Notes: generated from the sequence alone by a model not told the origin. 64,000 nt of DNA from an uncultured Alphaproteobacteria bacterium (GCA_944393215.1 CALXZL010000003.1:87238-151237); one strand, 5' to 3'. Shown: positions 28,483 through 39,200, numbered from the stretch's first letter. Translations and numbers: made by a program.

Positions 28483-29451
28483 ATGTCAGGAAAAACCAAA
28501 AGATTTTTGAAAAAATTTATTTCTTGGCTTGGCTTGTTTTTCTTTGCCTTTGCCGCTTATATGCTCTATAATCAGCTTTCAAAATATTCGCTTGCCGATA
28601 TTAAAAACGCTCTTTTAAGTATTCCTGCCGAAAACTTAACTTATGCTTGTATTGCTTCATTTTTCGGTTATGTGGCTTTGTCTTCCTATGATTATTTGGC
28701 ACTCAAATATATCGGCAGAAAGCTTGCCGCTTGGAAATGGATTTTTGTCGGTTTTATCGGTTTTTCAGTCAGCAACAATGCCGGACATGCCATTGTATCG
28801 GGTGGAACGGTCAGATATCGTTTCTACACACGTTGGCGTTTTCGGGCTACAGAAATTTTGCGTATGGTTACTTTTTCCGGCTTTACCTATCTGTTTGGTT
28901 GCTTTTTACTGATTATTATCGGCTATTTCCTGACACCGGACCATGCTTTTGGTGAAGGTTCGGCTTCCAAAATGACCACGCTTATCACCACAATCGTGGC
29001 TATTATCGGTTTGGCTGTTTATTTTTGGGCAACTTTGTTTTATAGAAAGCCGCTTATTATTAAAGAGGTTGAGTTTGATATGCCGAGCTTCAAATTGGCT
29101 CTGGAGCAAACTATTCTCGGGGCGGTAGATATTTTGTTGGCTTCTTTGGTTTTGTATTCCGTACTCATTTCTTTTGTGGATATTCCGTTTGATTTGTTTA
29201 TCGGCGTGTTTATTATTGCGCAAGTTTTAGGTGTGTTTAGCCAAGTTCCTGGCGGTTTGGGCGTGTTTGAAGGTTTGTTCTTGTTTATTATCCCCGGCGG
29301 CGAAGACCAAATGGCAAACTTGTTCGGCGCGCTCTTGGCATACCGAATCATCTATTATGTTTTGCCGCTGATTTTATCAAGCATTGTCTTGCTGATTTAT
29401 GAGTGGTATCTCGGTTATCAGCACCACAAAAAACTGGCAAGAAAGATTTAG
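28483..29451 (+). CDS. Integral membrane protein, YbhN/UPF0104 (flippase-like) family candidate
   Basis: 322 aa with ~8 TM helices. The family call is tentative. Confidence 0.45.
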   Translation: MSGKTKRFLKKFISWLGLFFFAFAAYMLYNQLSKYSLADIKNALLSIPAENLTYACIASFFGYVALSSYDYLALKYIGRKLAAWKWIFVGFIGFSVSNNAGHAIVSGGTVRYRFYTRWRFRATEILRMVTFSGFTYLFGCFLLIIIGYFLTPDHAFGEGSASKMTTLITTIVAIIGLAVYFWATLFYRKPLIIKEVEFDMPSFKLALEQTILGAVDILLASLVLYSVLISFVDIPFDLFIGVFIIAQVLGVFSQVPGGLGVFEGLFLFIIPGGEDQMANLFGALLAYRIIYYVLPLILSSIVLLIYEWYLGYQHHKKLARKI

Positions 29452-29864
29452 AAAATGCGCGAGTTTGTTCGAGTTATTGTTGTTAAAGACGACAAATATC
29501 TTTGCGAGAACTTAAGGAAGAGATAAATTTGGATGTTGATAAAGATAAGTTAAATCTTCAAAATCATAACTTGTAGGAAAAAATTAATTTTTTTGTCTAA
29601 AACCTCTTGCAAAAAGATAAATTTTGTGGTATATGTTTTTTTGCTATTTTAAGAATTGTTTTAATTATTAATCTAAATAAACCGTAAATTGTTAGAGTTA
29701 GATAATTTTAAAATTTTGTTTTGAAAGAAAGAGTTTTAATCCAAAACCGCCCACAGCTAAGGCTGAGAACTACGTGTTCAAGGGATCAGAAGTAATTTCA
29801 AAAAAAATTGGCGATTATGTAATGTATGATTAATTGAAAGTTTATTTTCTTAAATTTTTTCTAT

Positions 29865-31292
29865 ATGGAAATAATGGGTTATGTTTGGATTGGAGTTTCT
29901 GTAGTTGCTTTTTTGATAGTGTTCTTTACACTCAAATGGATTTTTTCTTTGCGTCGTGTTGTACCAACAAATGAGGTACATATCGTAAGGCAGGGAAGTA
30001 AAACTATGGTCTATGGAACGCCGGAAAGAGGAAACGCAGAACAGAACACTCTGTTTAGTGGGAACAGTTATTATGAGTTTCCTTCGTCCATTCCGGTATT
30101 GGGCGTGAGTGTTACCAAAATGCCACTCTCAATCTTTGGTATTGATATTAATGATTTTGATGCCTTTGATAAGGATAGGGTGCCTTTTGTTGTGGATATT
30201 CAAAGCTTTTTCAGAATTTCTGATTATGAAGTGGCTGCTTCACGAATCAGCGATATTGAAGAACTGAAGGGACAATTGCTAAGTATTGTGCAAGGAGCTG
30301 TCCGTTCAATTTTGGCAAAAGACCTTTTGAACTCAATAATGGAGGAACGTTCAAAGTATGGGCAAGAATTTACCGATGAGGTGAAGGAAGAACTCAAATC
30401 TTGGGGCGTCGAAACCGTTAAAAATATTGAGTTGATGGATATGCGAGATGCAGCTCGCGAAGAGGTTATCAGCAATATTATGAAGATGAAGAAGTCTGAA
30501 ATTGAAAAAACTTCTCGCGTGACTGTTGCCAAGAATAATCAAGAGGCTCGAGAAGCTGAAATTGCCGCTCAAAAAGAAATTGATCTGAAAGATCAAGATG
30601 CTCAAAAGGAGGTAGGTCTCCGCAAAGCTGAAGTTTCTAAAGAGGTTGGTATTGCTAATGAAAAATCTTCTCAGGAAGTGAAAGAGCAAGCCAAATTGAC
30701 TAAAGAAAAAGAAATGGAGGTTGTGAAAATCGGAACTCTTAAGCAGGCCGAAATTGATAAAGAGGCAACAATCATTAGTGCTGAGGCACATCAACGTGAA
30801 ACTGAAATCAATGCGGCAGCAAGCAAAACTCAAATTGAGTTGCAAGCTGAAGCTGATTTGATTCAGACAACAAAAAAAGCTGAAGGTTCTTTGGTTACTG
30901 CAACCAAGTCCGCAGAAGGTATCAAGCTTGAAGGCGATGCTAAGGCAGAAGCTGAAAAGAAAATGCAAATGGCCTCTGTTGAGGCTCAGTTGAAACTGGC
31001 AACTGAAATTGGTGAAAACCAAGGTTATCAGCAATACTTGATTGAAATCAGAAAAGTTGAAGCTAATGAGAAAGTTGGTTTAGCTCAGGCTGAAAACATC
31101 AAGGGTGCTGATATCAAGATTATTGCCGGTGCCGGTGATGTGACTGGTGGTATTTCAAATGCTATGGGAGCACTTTCTCCTAAAGGCGGTTTTAATATTG
31201 CCGGTGCAATGGAGGCTCTTGCTGCAACAGATGCAGGAAAAGAACTCTTAAGCAAATTGGGCATAAATCTTGATAAAACACAAGATGCTTAA
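29865..31292 (+). CDS. Flotillin-like SPFH/band-7 domain protein (YqiK-like)
   Basis: 475 aa with an N-terminal TM, an SPFH domain, and a long EA/KE-rich coiled-coil flotillin domain. Confidence 0.8.
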   Translation: MEIMGYVWIGVSVVAFLIVFFTLKWIFSLRRVVPTNEVHIVRQGSKTMVYGTPERGNAEQNTLFSGNSYYEFPSSIPVLGVSVTKMPLSIFGIDINDFDAFDKDRVPFVVDIQSFFRISDYEVAASRISDIEELKGQLLSIVQGAVRSILAKDLLNSIMEERSKYGQEFTDEVKEELKSWGVETVKNIELMDMRDAAREEVISNIMKMKKSEIEKTSRVTVAKNNQEAREAEIAAQKEIDLKDQDAQKEVGLRKAEVSKEVGIANEKSSQEVKEQAKLTKEKEMEVVKIGTLKQAEIDKEATIISAEAHQRETEINAAASKTQIELQAEADLIQTTKKAEGSLVTATKSAEGIKLEGDAKAEAEKKMQMASVEAQLKLATEIGENQGYQQYLIEIRKVEANEKVGLAQAENIKGADIKIIAGAGDVTGGISNAMGALSPKGGFNIAGAMEALAATDAGKELLSKLGINLDKTQDA

Positions 31293-31312
31293 CTTCTAAC
31301 TCTGAGAAAAAA

Positions 31313-31345
31313 AGGGGATTTCGTAATGAAATCCTCTTTTTTTTG
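31313..31345 (+). terminator. Intrinsic terminator after the flotillin gene
   Basis: aggggatttcgtaatgaaatcctct followed by TTTTTTTT. Confidence 0.7.
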
Positions 31346-31360
31346 ACTGATTTTTAAGTT

Positions 31361-31876
31361 TTGGAATTTATACTCTTTTACAAAAGGAGAATAACCATGC
31401 TCAAAGCGATTTTGATTTTGCCTTTTAACGTGCTTGTTACCATTCCGGCGGTGATTTTATATTTTTGCCGATTTGAAATTATCTCTCCGGCTTTTTCTTT
31501 AGAATTTATCTTGATGTTGTTTTTATTGGCTTTGGGCTTTTTTCTTCTCGTTTGGACAATCCGCTTATTTTATGCAACCGGAAAAGGCTCTTTGGCACCG
31601 TGGAATCCGATTGAGAAATTAATCATTACCGGACCTTATGCTTATGTGCGAAACCCCATGCTCTCAGGCGTGTTTTGCCTTTTGTTTGCCGAAGCATTGC
31701 TTTTTCAATCTAAAGCTTTATTGATTTATGCGCTTATCTTTACTGCAATTAATGCTATCTATTTCCCGCTTTCCGAAGAAAAGGGATTGCTCAAGCGTTA
31801 TGGTGCAGATTATGCCGAATATAAACGCAATGTGCCGAGATTTTTGCCGCGCTTAACGCCATACCGTAAAAAGTAG
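31361..31876 (+). CDS. Isoprenylcysteine carboxyl methyltransferase (ICMT)-family / phospholipid methyltransferase-like membrane protein
   Basis: 171 aa. The motif NPMLSGVFCLLFAEALLF and multiple TM helices are present. The start is more likely at the internal Met (MLKAILIL). Confidence 0.55.
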   Translation: MEFILFYKRRITMLKAILILPFNVLVTIPAVILYFCRFEIISPAFSLEFILMLFLLALGFFLLVWTIRLFYATGKGSLAPWNPIEKLIITGPYAYVRNPMLSGVFCLLFAEALLFQSKALLIYALIFTAINAIYFPLSEEKGLLKRYGADYAEYKRNVPRFLPRLTPYRKK

Positions 31877-31881
31877 GTCGG

Positions 31882-32343
31882 TTATTCTTCGCCTAAATAA
31901 CTATTCACATCAGTGATAAAGGTTTCTTGAAAACTGACCGGATCGTCTGATTGAAATTGCAGATTGTATAGTTTTTTATATCCTACATTTTCACCGTATT
32001 GATTTTTGACCAGCACAATTTCCAAAGGTTGGCTTAAGTTATAAGTTTGCTGATAATTATACTCGGTATCGGTTTGATAATTGATTTGTTGCAACTGATA
32101 GAGATTTTGATAATTCTGATTATAAATTTGGGTTATCAAATTGATGGTCTGCTCATAGCCATAGCAAGGATTACCGTTGGTAAAAATGAAAATTTGCGAT
32201 TGCTCGGGTTTGGGGTTTTCCAGTTGTTCATATTGCTCAAAGGTGAGGTTAGGATTATATCCGCCTTCATAAACCGGTTCTTGCGCCAAAACGGGAGTTG
32301 CGGCAAAGCCCAAAACAATCGCCGAAGCTATCACTTTTTTCAT
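31882..32343 (-). CDS. Secreted Q/N/Y-rich protein (signal peptide)
   Basis: The signal peptide is MKKVIASAIVLGFAATPVLAQEP. Low-complexity QIYNQNYQNLYQLQQINYQTDTEYNYQQTYN follows. The start is taken at the internal Met. Confidence 0.45.
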   Translation of the reverse strand: MKKVIASAIVLGFAATPVLAQEPVYEGGYNPNLTFEQYEQLENPKPEQSQIFIFTNGNPCYGYEQTINLITQIYNQNYQNLYQLQQINYQTDTEYNYQQTYNLSQPLEIVLVKNQYGENVGYKKLYNLQFQSDDPVSFQETFITDVNSYLGEE

Positions 32344-32360
32344 CTTTGTTCTCCTTGTTA

Positions 32361-34049
32361 TCAGAGCGGGGCGCAGGCATCCTCCAGCCACTCTTTATGT
32401 TTATTGTCTAAATATGGGCTGATGTTTCCCCAAACTTTATGGTGATATTCATTAACCCAATTTATCTCATCTTCATTTAAGAGATATTTATTAATCAGGC
32501 GTTTATCAAGGGGAACTAAAGTCAAAACTTCAAATTTTAACAAACCGGAATTTTCACATTCTTTGGTGTAATAAAGATTTTCAATACGGATACCAAAGTC
32601 ATTTTCTTTATAATATCCGGGTTCGATTGAAGTGACCATATTGGCGGCAAAATGCGAATTTTTGGCTTGCGGGGAAATACGCGGGGCTTCGTGTACATTC
32701 AAAACAAAGCCGACGCCGTGTCCGGTGCCGTGTTTGAAGTCCATATTTTCTTGCCATAATTCTTTGCGGCAGATGGCATCAAGCGCCAAGCCGGTCGTGC
32801 CTTTGGGAAAAATTGTGCTCGCCAAAGCGATGTGAGATTTCAGAACAATGGTGTTGGCATCAATTATCTTTTGTTTGGGTATGCCTAAAGCTATGGTTCT
32901 TGTTATATCTGTGGTACCGTTTTGATAATGTCCGCCGCTGTCTAACAATAAAACAGAGTTTCCTTCCAACACTTTATTGGTGTTTTCGCTCGGATGATAG
33001 TGAACAATGGCACCGTTGCTTCCGGTTGCGGCAATGGTATCAAAGCTTTTACAAATAAACATATCATCTTCAGCGCGGCAAGTATCAATTTTGGCGACAA
33101 TATCGAGTTCGGTTTTGCCTTTGTAATTATTATCGAGCCAATAGAGAAACTTTATCATGGCAACGGCATCTTGCTTATGCGCCTCAATATAGCCTTGCAG
33201 CTCTATCTCGTTTTTGATGATTTGTTTGCTTCTGATAATGTCGCGGATGTCTTTTAAGTTTTTCTCACCGAAAATCTCGCAAATCATTTGCGGCAAGTTC
33301 TTTTTATCGACACCTAATTTGCCTTTTTTGACAGCTTTCAAGCTTTTTTCCAGTTTGTTCATCGGTAAAATATCGGCTTTATCGGTATTATCGGCAAACA
33401 AAGTGACAGAGCCGTCTTTTTTTATCAAAGCAAAGGCTCTTAATATCGGCGAATCGGGCAGGGCATCGGAGCGTAAGTTCGTGAGCCAAGAAACCTCGTT
33501 AGCGGAAGTGAGCAGGTAAGCATCACAGCCGTTTTGTTTTATAGTCGGGATAATTTCGCTGATTTTTTCTTCGGCACTGATACCGGTGTATTCTTCCGGC
33601 AAAGTAAAAACGTGCGCTTTTTTTGAACTTAACTTGTTTCCGAATAAGTTTTTTTCATCACAAATAAGTTTGGCTTTGGGGAACATATCGGTAAATTTGG
33701 CAACAATTCCGGCAGAGACCAACCACGGATTATACATTAAAGAAAACTTGCTGTCTTCAAAATGGTTTTGTAGCCACAAAAAAGGAAAATCGGCGGAAGA
33801 GCAAATGATTTCAACTTCTTTAGGATCTGTTTCCATTTGGGATTGGAGTTCATATCTGCCGTCGGTGAAAAGATAGGTCTTGTCTTGGCAAATGACTAAC
33901 GAGGCGGCAGAGCCGGAAAAGCCAGTCAAAGAAAAAATTTCATTTTCTTCTTCTAAAATATCTTCTTCCAAAAACATATTGTTGCGAGGCAAGAAATAAG
34001 CATCAATTTTGTGCTTTTTTAAATAAGTTCGGATTTCAGGCAAAGTCAT
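32361..34049 (-). CDS. pepP: Xaa-Pro aminopeptidase (M24B family)
   Basis: M24 metal-ligand motifs are present (HGTGHGVGFVLNVHEAP, ..SIEPGYY..). The N-terminal creatinase-like domain is present. The start is set at MTLPEIRTYLKK. Confidence 0.8.
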   Translation of the reverse strand: MTLPEIRTYLKKHKIDAYFLPRNNMFLEEDILEEENEIFSLTGFSGSAASLVICQDKTYLFTDGRYELQSQMETDPKEVEIICSSADFPFLWLQNHFEDSKFSLMYNPWLVSAGIVAKFTDMFPKAKLICDEKNLFGNKLSSKKAHVFTLPEEYTGISAEEKISEIIPTIKQNGCDAYLLTSANEVSWLTNLRSDALPDSPILRAFALIKKDGSVTLFADNTDKADILPMNKLEKSLKAVKKGKLGVDKKNLPQMICEIFGEKNLKDIRDIIRSKQIIKNEIELQGYIEAHKQDAVAMIKFLYWLDNNYKGKTELDIVAKIDTCRAEDDMFICKSFDTIAATGSNGAIVHYHPSENTNKVLEGNSVLLLDSGGHYQNGTTDITRTIALGIPKQKIIDANTIVLKSHIALASTIFPKGTTGLALDAICRKELWQENMDFKHGTGHGVGFVLNVHEAPRISPQAKNSHFAANMVTSIEPGYYKENDFGIRIENLYYTKECENSGLLKFEVLTLVPLDKRLINKYLLNEDEINWVNEYHHKVWGNISPYLDNKHKEWLEDACAPL

Positions 34050-34050
34050 A

Positions 34051-34968
34051 TTATTTCTCCATAACGGCGGCGCGCCAATTTTCAAATTCAAACATTTTAA
34101 CAAGTTTCAAGCCTTGTTTTTCGTGCGCTCCGATAACCCAATCGACTTGCTCGTCAACAAAGCCGGACAAGACGCAATAGCCGCCTTGTTTCAAACTTTG
34201 ATATAAATCGGGCGCCATTTCAATCAAAGGGCGGGCTAAGATGTTTGAGAAAATGAGATCATATGGGGCATGGTTTTTAATCAGTTCGGAATGATAGCCG
34301 TCGCTGACTTCAACTTCCAACTGATTTTGCAAATTGTTATCCAAAGCATTTTGTCTGGTTACCCAAACCGCTTCTTCATCAATGTCCACGGCAATGATTT
34401 CAGCATCTTGCCACAATTTGGCTGCGGCTAAAGACAAGATGCCCGAACCGGTGCCGATATCCAAAATCTTTTTATGTTCGGCATTTTGTTTATTGAGCCA
34501 ACTGATTGCTCTTAAACAGCTTTGCGTGGTCGGGTGGCTGGAGCCAAAAGCGGTGGCGGCATAAATTTTTAAAGCTATCTTATCGGTCTTGGGGGCTTGT
34601 TTTTCGTGAATGCCATAGATTAAAAAGTCTTCCACCTCAACCGGGGCAAACTCTATTACATAATCTTTAAGCCAGTTTTGGCTTTCCAAATATTCTTTTT
34701 GATAAGGCGGCAAAATGATGTTTCTTTGTTTGGCTGTGTTTAGAAAATCTGCTTCATCAAAATGATTGTTTTGATAAGCCACATATTGCTCGGTGCCGTC
34801 ATCATTATAGTTGCAACTAACAACGCCAAAATATTCTTCCAGAAATTCGGTAAAAATTTCATCATATTCTTCTTTTTTGGCAAAGGTGATTTGCCAGCAG
34901 GCGCCAGATTTCTTGCTTTGCCAGTTATCTTTTATATTATTCATCATTTTCCCCAAATTCGTAATCAA
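34051..34968 (-). CDS. prmA: Ribosomal protein L11 methyltransferase
   Basis: SAM-binding DIGTGSGILSLAA and a PrmA-like N-terminal domain (WQITFAKKE..) are present. The exact start is uncertain. Confidence 0.8.
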   Translation of the reverse strand: MITNLGKMMNNIKDNWQSKKSGACWQITFAKKEEYDEIFTEFLEEYFGVVSCNYNDDGTEQYVAYQNNHFDEADFLNTAKQRNIILPPYQKEYLESQNWLKDYVIEFAPVEVEDFLIYGIHEKQAPKTDKIALKIYAATAFGSSHPTTQSCLRAISWLNKQNAEHKKILDIGTGSGILSLAAAKLWQDAEIIAVDIDEEAVWVTRQNALDNNLQNQLEVEVSDGYHSELIKNHAPYDLIFSNILARPLIEMAPDLYQSLKQGGYCVLSGFVDEQVDWVIGAHEKQGLKLVKMFEFENWRAAVMEK

Positions 34969-35035
34969 TTATTTACTTAATCTAATTTATAATATATTAA
35001 TTAGAAAAACATTAAAATTTTTTTAGAGAAAACGG

Positions 35036-35800
35036 ATGAAGAAAGCTTTTATTTTATGCGCTCTGTTGTGCTTAAATGCTTGTGTCTATGCTGGAGAAGT
35101 TAATGTCTTACCCGGAAGAGGAACATGGTTTGACCAATTTAATTCTTATCGTATTGTTCATAAAGACAATGTTGCAAAATTGGTAAAAACCGAAAATATT
35201 AATGAAAAGAGTTTTAAAGTAAATGAATTGCGCACTGCCTTTAAAGGGTATTCCGTCTTGAGTGATAAGACATTTTCTCGTCGTACGTATGTTACAGAAA
35301 AAGTCAGGGCTGTCGGAAATGTGCGCTTAAATAATGTCTCCGCCCCCTATGAATTTAAAAATAATCAAACATTTGTTCCGTCTATGTTTGTGACCATTGA
35401 CGGTACGGAATATGGTTTGTTGCCAACACATTTGGAAGATTTTGTTGTCCTTTATGATGTTAAAAACGGCAAGCTTTATCCTAATACGGGGATGATTAAA
35501 AACGGTCGTTTGGTTTTGTTGAGACATACCTTTGCCGTTGATAATCCGGATTTTTATTTTGAACCGGTTTTTATTACCAAAACCGAACAGTCCAAACCGG
35601 TTAAGGGATTTGATATTAAGTATGACGGTGTTCGTTTGCAAAGATTGTGGCTGATTTATTATGATTATGCCGACGGTCATACCGGAGCTTTTCAGGAATT
35701 TAGTTTCCCTGCAAAATCATCAATTATTGAAATTAATGATATCAAGTTGCGCATATTGTCTGCAGATGACCAGCGGCTCGATTATATGATCCTTGATTGA
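35036..35800 (+). CDS. Hypothetical secreted protein / putative lipoprotein
   Basis: 254 aa. The signal peptide is MKKAFILCALLCLNAC. Confidence 0.5.
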   Translation: MKKAFILCALLCLNACVYAGEVNVLPGRGTWFDQFNSYRIVHKDNVAKLVKTENINEKSFKVNELRTAFKGYSVLSDKTFSRRTYVTEKVRAVGNVRLNNVSAPYEFKNNQTFVPSMFVTIDGTEYGLLPTHLEDFVVLYDVKNGKLYPNTGMIKNGRLVLLRHTFAVDNPDFYFEPVFITKTEQSKPVKGFDIKYDGVRLQRLWLIYYDYADGHTGAFQEFSFPAKSSIIEINDIKLRILSADDQRLDYMILD

Positions 35801-35941
35801 ATTATCGGCGGTGTCTTATTTTGATACCGCCTTTTTATTTTATCGTGAAAAAATTGTTGCGAAATCATATCGATTGTTGTATAAAAACTCCGAGTTTGAT
35901 TTATTTTAGGGGTAATCCCTTGCTTTTTAGGAGTTTTAATA

Positions 35942-36697
35942 ATGTCTGGACACTCCCAGTTTAAGAATATTATGTACCGTAAAGGTGCTCAAGATGCCAA
36001 AAAAGCAAAAGTTTTTGCTAAATTGGCAAGAGATATTACCATTGCCGCTAAAAGCGGTTTGCCCGAGCCGGATAAAAATCCGCGCTTGCGTTTGGCAATC
36101 CAAGCTGCTCGTGCCGAAAGTATGCCTAAAGACAATATTGAACGTGCCATTGCCAAAGCCAGCCAAACTGCCGGTGGTGCCGACTATGTCAGTGCGCGTT
36201 ATGAAGGTTTTGGTCCCGGAAAAGTTGCCGTTATTGTTGAAGCTTTGACCGATAATAAAAACAGAACAGCCGGAAATGTACGCACAATTTTTGGTAAACG
36301 CGGCGGCGCTATGGGTGAAAGCGGTTCGGTGACTTTTAATTTTGAACGTATCGGCTTTATTCAATATCCTCTTTCCGTTGCCGAAGCCGACAAAATGTTT
36401 GAAGCAGCTTTGGAAGCCGGTGCCAATGATGTGGTTAGCGATGATGAGCATCATGATATTGAAACCTTACCCGATGATTTGTCTGCCGTAACCGAAACTT
36501 TGGAAGCTCAATTCGGTACACCCTCCGCTTCTCGTTTGGATTGGAAGGCTAATGTTAAAACCGATATTACCGATTTGGAAACGGCTCAAAAGTTTTTGGA
36601 CTTTGTTGATGCCTTGGAAGATGATGACGATGTTCAAAAGGTTTATCACAATGCCGAGTTTTCCGAAGATGTTATGAAGGCTTTGGAAGCTGAATAA
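35942..36697 (+). CDS. yebC: YebC/PmpR-family transcriptional regulatory protein
   Basis: 251 aa. The conserved N-terminus is MSGHSQFKNIMYRKGAQDAKKAKVFAKL. Confidence 0.9.
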   Translation: MSGHSQFKNIMYRKGAQDAKKAKVFAKLARDITIAAKSGLPEPDKNPRLRLAIQAARAESMPKDNIERAIAKASQTAGGADYVSARYEGFGPGKVAVIVEALTDNKNRTAGNVRTIFGKRGGAMGESGSVTFNFERIGFIQYPLSVAEADKMFEAALEAGANDVVSDDEHHDIETLPDDLSAVTETLEAQFGTPSASRLDWKANVKTDITDLETAQKFLDFVDALEDDDDVQKVYHNAEFSEDVMKALEAE

Positions 36698-36761
36698 GTT
36701 TTAATGTTTTGAATAAGGCGGGGCTTAAAGGTTCCGCTTTATTTTTCAGAAAAGGGTTAAA

Positions 36762-37250
36762 ATGCGAATCTTAGGTTTGGATCCAAGTTTATCTTCAACC
36801 GGTTGGGGGGTGATAGAGGTGGAGAATAATCACCTTGCTTATGTGGCAGACGGTTTTATCAAAACAGATCCGAAAGCTCCTTTGCCGGAACGTTTGACCG
36901 TTATTCATAATACCTTAAAGCAGGTGATTGAAACTTATCATCCGCAAGAGGCGGCAATCGAGCAAGTGTTCTTAAATGATAACCCAACCTCTACCATTAA
37001 ACTCGGCATGGCGCGCGGGGTGGTGATTATGGCGCCCGCACTTTATAATATTCCGGTTTGCGAATATGAGCCGAACAAGGTGAAAAAAGCTCTTGTCGGT
37101 GTCGGTCGTGCCGAAAAAAGCCAAGTTGAAACCATGGTTAAGGTTTTGCTCCCAGGGTGTAAGCCCAAAAATAATGATTCATCAGATGCTTTGGCTATGG
37201 CAATCACGCATTATAATTATCGAAATGCGCGTGCTTGGGGGATGAAATAA
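36762..37250 (+). CDS. ruvC: Holliday junction resolvase RuvC
   Basis: 162 aa. The catalytic D residue lies in ILGLDPSLSSTGWGV. Confidence 0.9.
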   Translation: MRILGLDPSLSSTGWGVIEVENNHLAYVADGFIKTDPKAPLPERLTVIHNTLKQVIETYHPQEAAIEQVFLNDNPTSTIKLGMARGVVIMAPALYNIPVCEYEPNKVKKALVGVGRAEKSQVETMVKVLLPGCKPKNNDSSDALAMAITHYNYRNARAWGMK

Positions 37251-37955
37251 ATGATTTTAGAAGGTGTTTTATCGGATGTACGTCAGCTCCTTAACGGAGA
37301 TAAGAGCGGACATGGTGCCGACCATGTGGAGCGGGTTTATCGGTTATCTATGCAGTTGGCGGAAAATGAAAATGTAAATAAAGACATTGTTGCCTTGGCA
37401 GCACTTCTCCACGATGCTGATGATTATAAGCTCTTTGGTGGTGAAAATGCCAAAAATTTGACCAATGCCAAGAGAATTATGCAACAAAACGGTGTGGATG
37501 AACAAACGTCTGCTCAAGTTTGCGACATTATTTCCAATATGGGATACAGCAAATGTTTACAAGGTGTACGCCCTAAAACCAAAGAAGGAATGCTCGTTTC
37601 CGATGCCGATATGTTGGAAGCCATGGGGGCTGTCGGAACCGTGCGTTGCTTGGCTTATGCTCTTGATAAATGTCATTCCGGAACCGATCAAATTTTTGAT
37701 AAAAACATTTGGCCGGAAATTAATCTCTCTGCTGCTGAATATAAAAAGCCTAATCGAAAATCGGACAACTTTATTAATCATTTTTTTGAAAAAATGCTCA
37801 AACTCAAAGATTTGATGATGACGTCTGCCGGAAAACAAGAGGCTCAAATCCGGCATCAATTTATGCTTGATTTTCTTTATGAATTTTTCAGAGAAAATGA
37901 TTGTCCCGAGTGGATTGCTTATTTGCAAAATTATGAAATGAAAAAAATAGCATAA
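37251..37955 (+). CDS. HD-domain phosphohydrolase
   Basis: 234 aa. HD motifs are present (HGADHVERV..., LLHDADDYK). It is inserted between ruvC and ruvA. Confidence 0.65.
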   Translation: MILEGVLSDVRQLLNGDKSGHGADHVERVYRLSMQLAENENVNKDIVALAALLHDADDYKLFGGENAKNLTNAKRIMQQNGVDEQTSAQVCDIISNMGYSKCLQGVRPKTKEGMLVSDADMLEAMGAVGTVRCLAYALDKCHSGTDQIFDKNIWPEINLSAAEYKKPNRKSDNFINHFFEKMLKLKDLMMTSAGKQEAQIRHQFMLDFLYEFFRENDCPEWIAYLQNYEMKKIA

Positions 37956-38028
37956 ATTTCTTGCGATTTTTTTTCCTTTTGATATAAAAAAGAATAAACG
38001 TGAATTATTAATCCTTATTTTTTTTATT

Positions 38029-39195
38029 ATGGAAAATGTAAATCTGTATCAGGTGTTTAATCATCTCATGCAACAACAGCATGAATTGAATCGGATTCTG
38101 AGATGTCATGATCGTTCTTATGCACAAATTTTGACTAATTTTGATGATTTGAATATTCAGCAAAAATTGGCGGTTGAGCCTTATTTGAAGTCAGCAGATG
38201 AGCTTTTAGACGGTGCGGAATATAAAAAATTGCGTACATGTCCTCAACTGCGGTGTGTTTGGAAGGTTTTTGATAATCTGATGTTTAATGCAAGGTATAA
38301 TATGCCGAACGATTTTGCAGATGATAGTTTTTATTTACTGCCTTCCGATTATGCACAATATAATTCAGGTGCAAAAGATGTTTCTCTTAAATTTGTTTTG
38401 TTATTTTATCAAGAAACGTTTAATGTCTATGAACTTGTGCTTTCGGGAGTTTTTCTTAAAAAGCATAAGCAGTCTTTCTCTCAAAGCAGGGATGACGGTG
38501 TTCCTATTGAGACAGAATTTATTGCCGGTTGTGTTAATAATAGTTATTTTATCGTAAAAATTGTTAGGGATATTTCGGATGATGAAGATTTGTGCCAGAC
38601 GTTGAAGCATAGGTACAATTATAGTTTGTACTTTGCTGATTTGCAGTCTTCACATATTAAACAAATAAAACATGAAATGTTTTTGTTGCGCAAAAGACTG
38701 ATGTTGTGTCTTGAGTGTGAAAAAAACATGCTCTTTTCTGAAGATTTGGGAAAAGTCAGTTTGTTTGATATGTTGGAGCGGTTTTCGGATCTGTCTATGG
38801 GGTGGTGGCGCAATATGTTGCATTTTACGCTTGTTAATCCTCATGTCTTTTCTCGAAAAAATTGGCGACGTTTGATTGTGGCAGATATGTTTGAAGGCGT
38901 TTTTAACGGTGTTAAAATGATGCTGCAAAAATTTCACGGAAGTTCTAATGTTTATGAAGATGAATCATATTTCTATTTTTTAGATAATATGAAGGAAACC
39001 GTTGTTAAATTTTTTTGGCGAGAAGGGTGGATGGCAGAAGTTTTTGTGCAAAATCACATGCCTTTGGAATTTCCCGTTATTACCGGCGATTTGGTATATT
39101 TTGTAAAATGTGTACCGGATTTGCAGAAAGAGCCTTTGCTTGGTAATATGTATGAAAACGGTGAAATCCCCTATATTTGGAACTGGATTGATTGA
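38029..39195 (+). CDS. Hypothetical protein
   Basis: 388-aa ORF with no recognisable motifs. Confidence 0.45.
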   Translation: MENVNLYQVFNHLMQQQHELNRILRCHDRSYAQILTNFDDLNIQQKLAVEPYLKSADELLDGAEYKKLRTCPQLRCVWKVFDNLMFNARYNMPNDFADDSFYLLPSDYAQYNSGAKDVSLKFVLLFYQETFNVYELVLSGVFLKKHKQSFSQSRDDGVPIETEFIAGCVNNSYFIVKIVRDISDDEDLCQTLKHRYNYSLYFADLQSSHIKQIKHEMFLLRKRLMLCLECEKNMLFSEDLGKVSLFDMLERFSDLSMGWWRNMLHFTLVNPHVFSRKNWRRLIVADMFEGVFNGVKMMLQKFHGSSNVYEDESYFYFLDNMKETVVKFFWREGWMAEVFVQNHMPLEFPVITGDLVYFVKCVPDLQKEPLLGNMYENGEIPYIWNWID

Positions 39196-39200
39196 AAAAA

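Noticed and set aside
30351-31034. 227-aa antisense ORF inside the flotillin gene, and similar long antisense ORFs at 43228-44286 (inside tolA), 42207-42893 (inside tolQ), 35936-36454 (inside yebC) and 40541-41038 (inside ruvB)
   Set aside because: Each is embedded opposite a gene with clear homology-type motifs. Their amino-acid composition (Cys/Phe/Leu-rich, low complexity) is typical of spurious reverse-strand frames.
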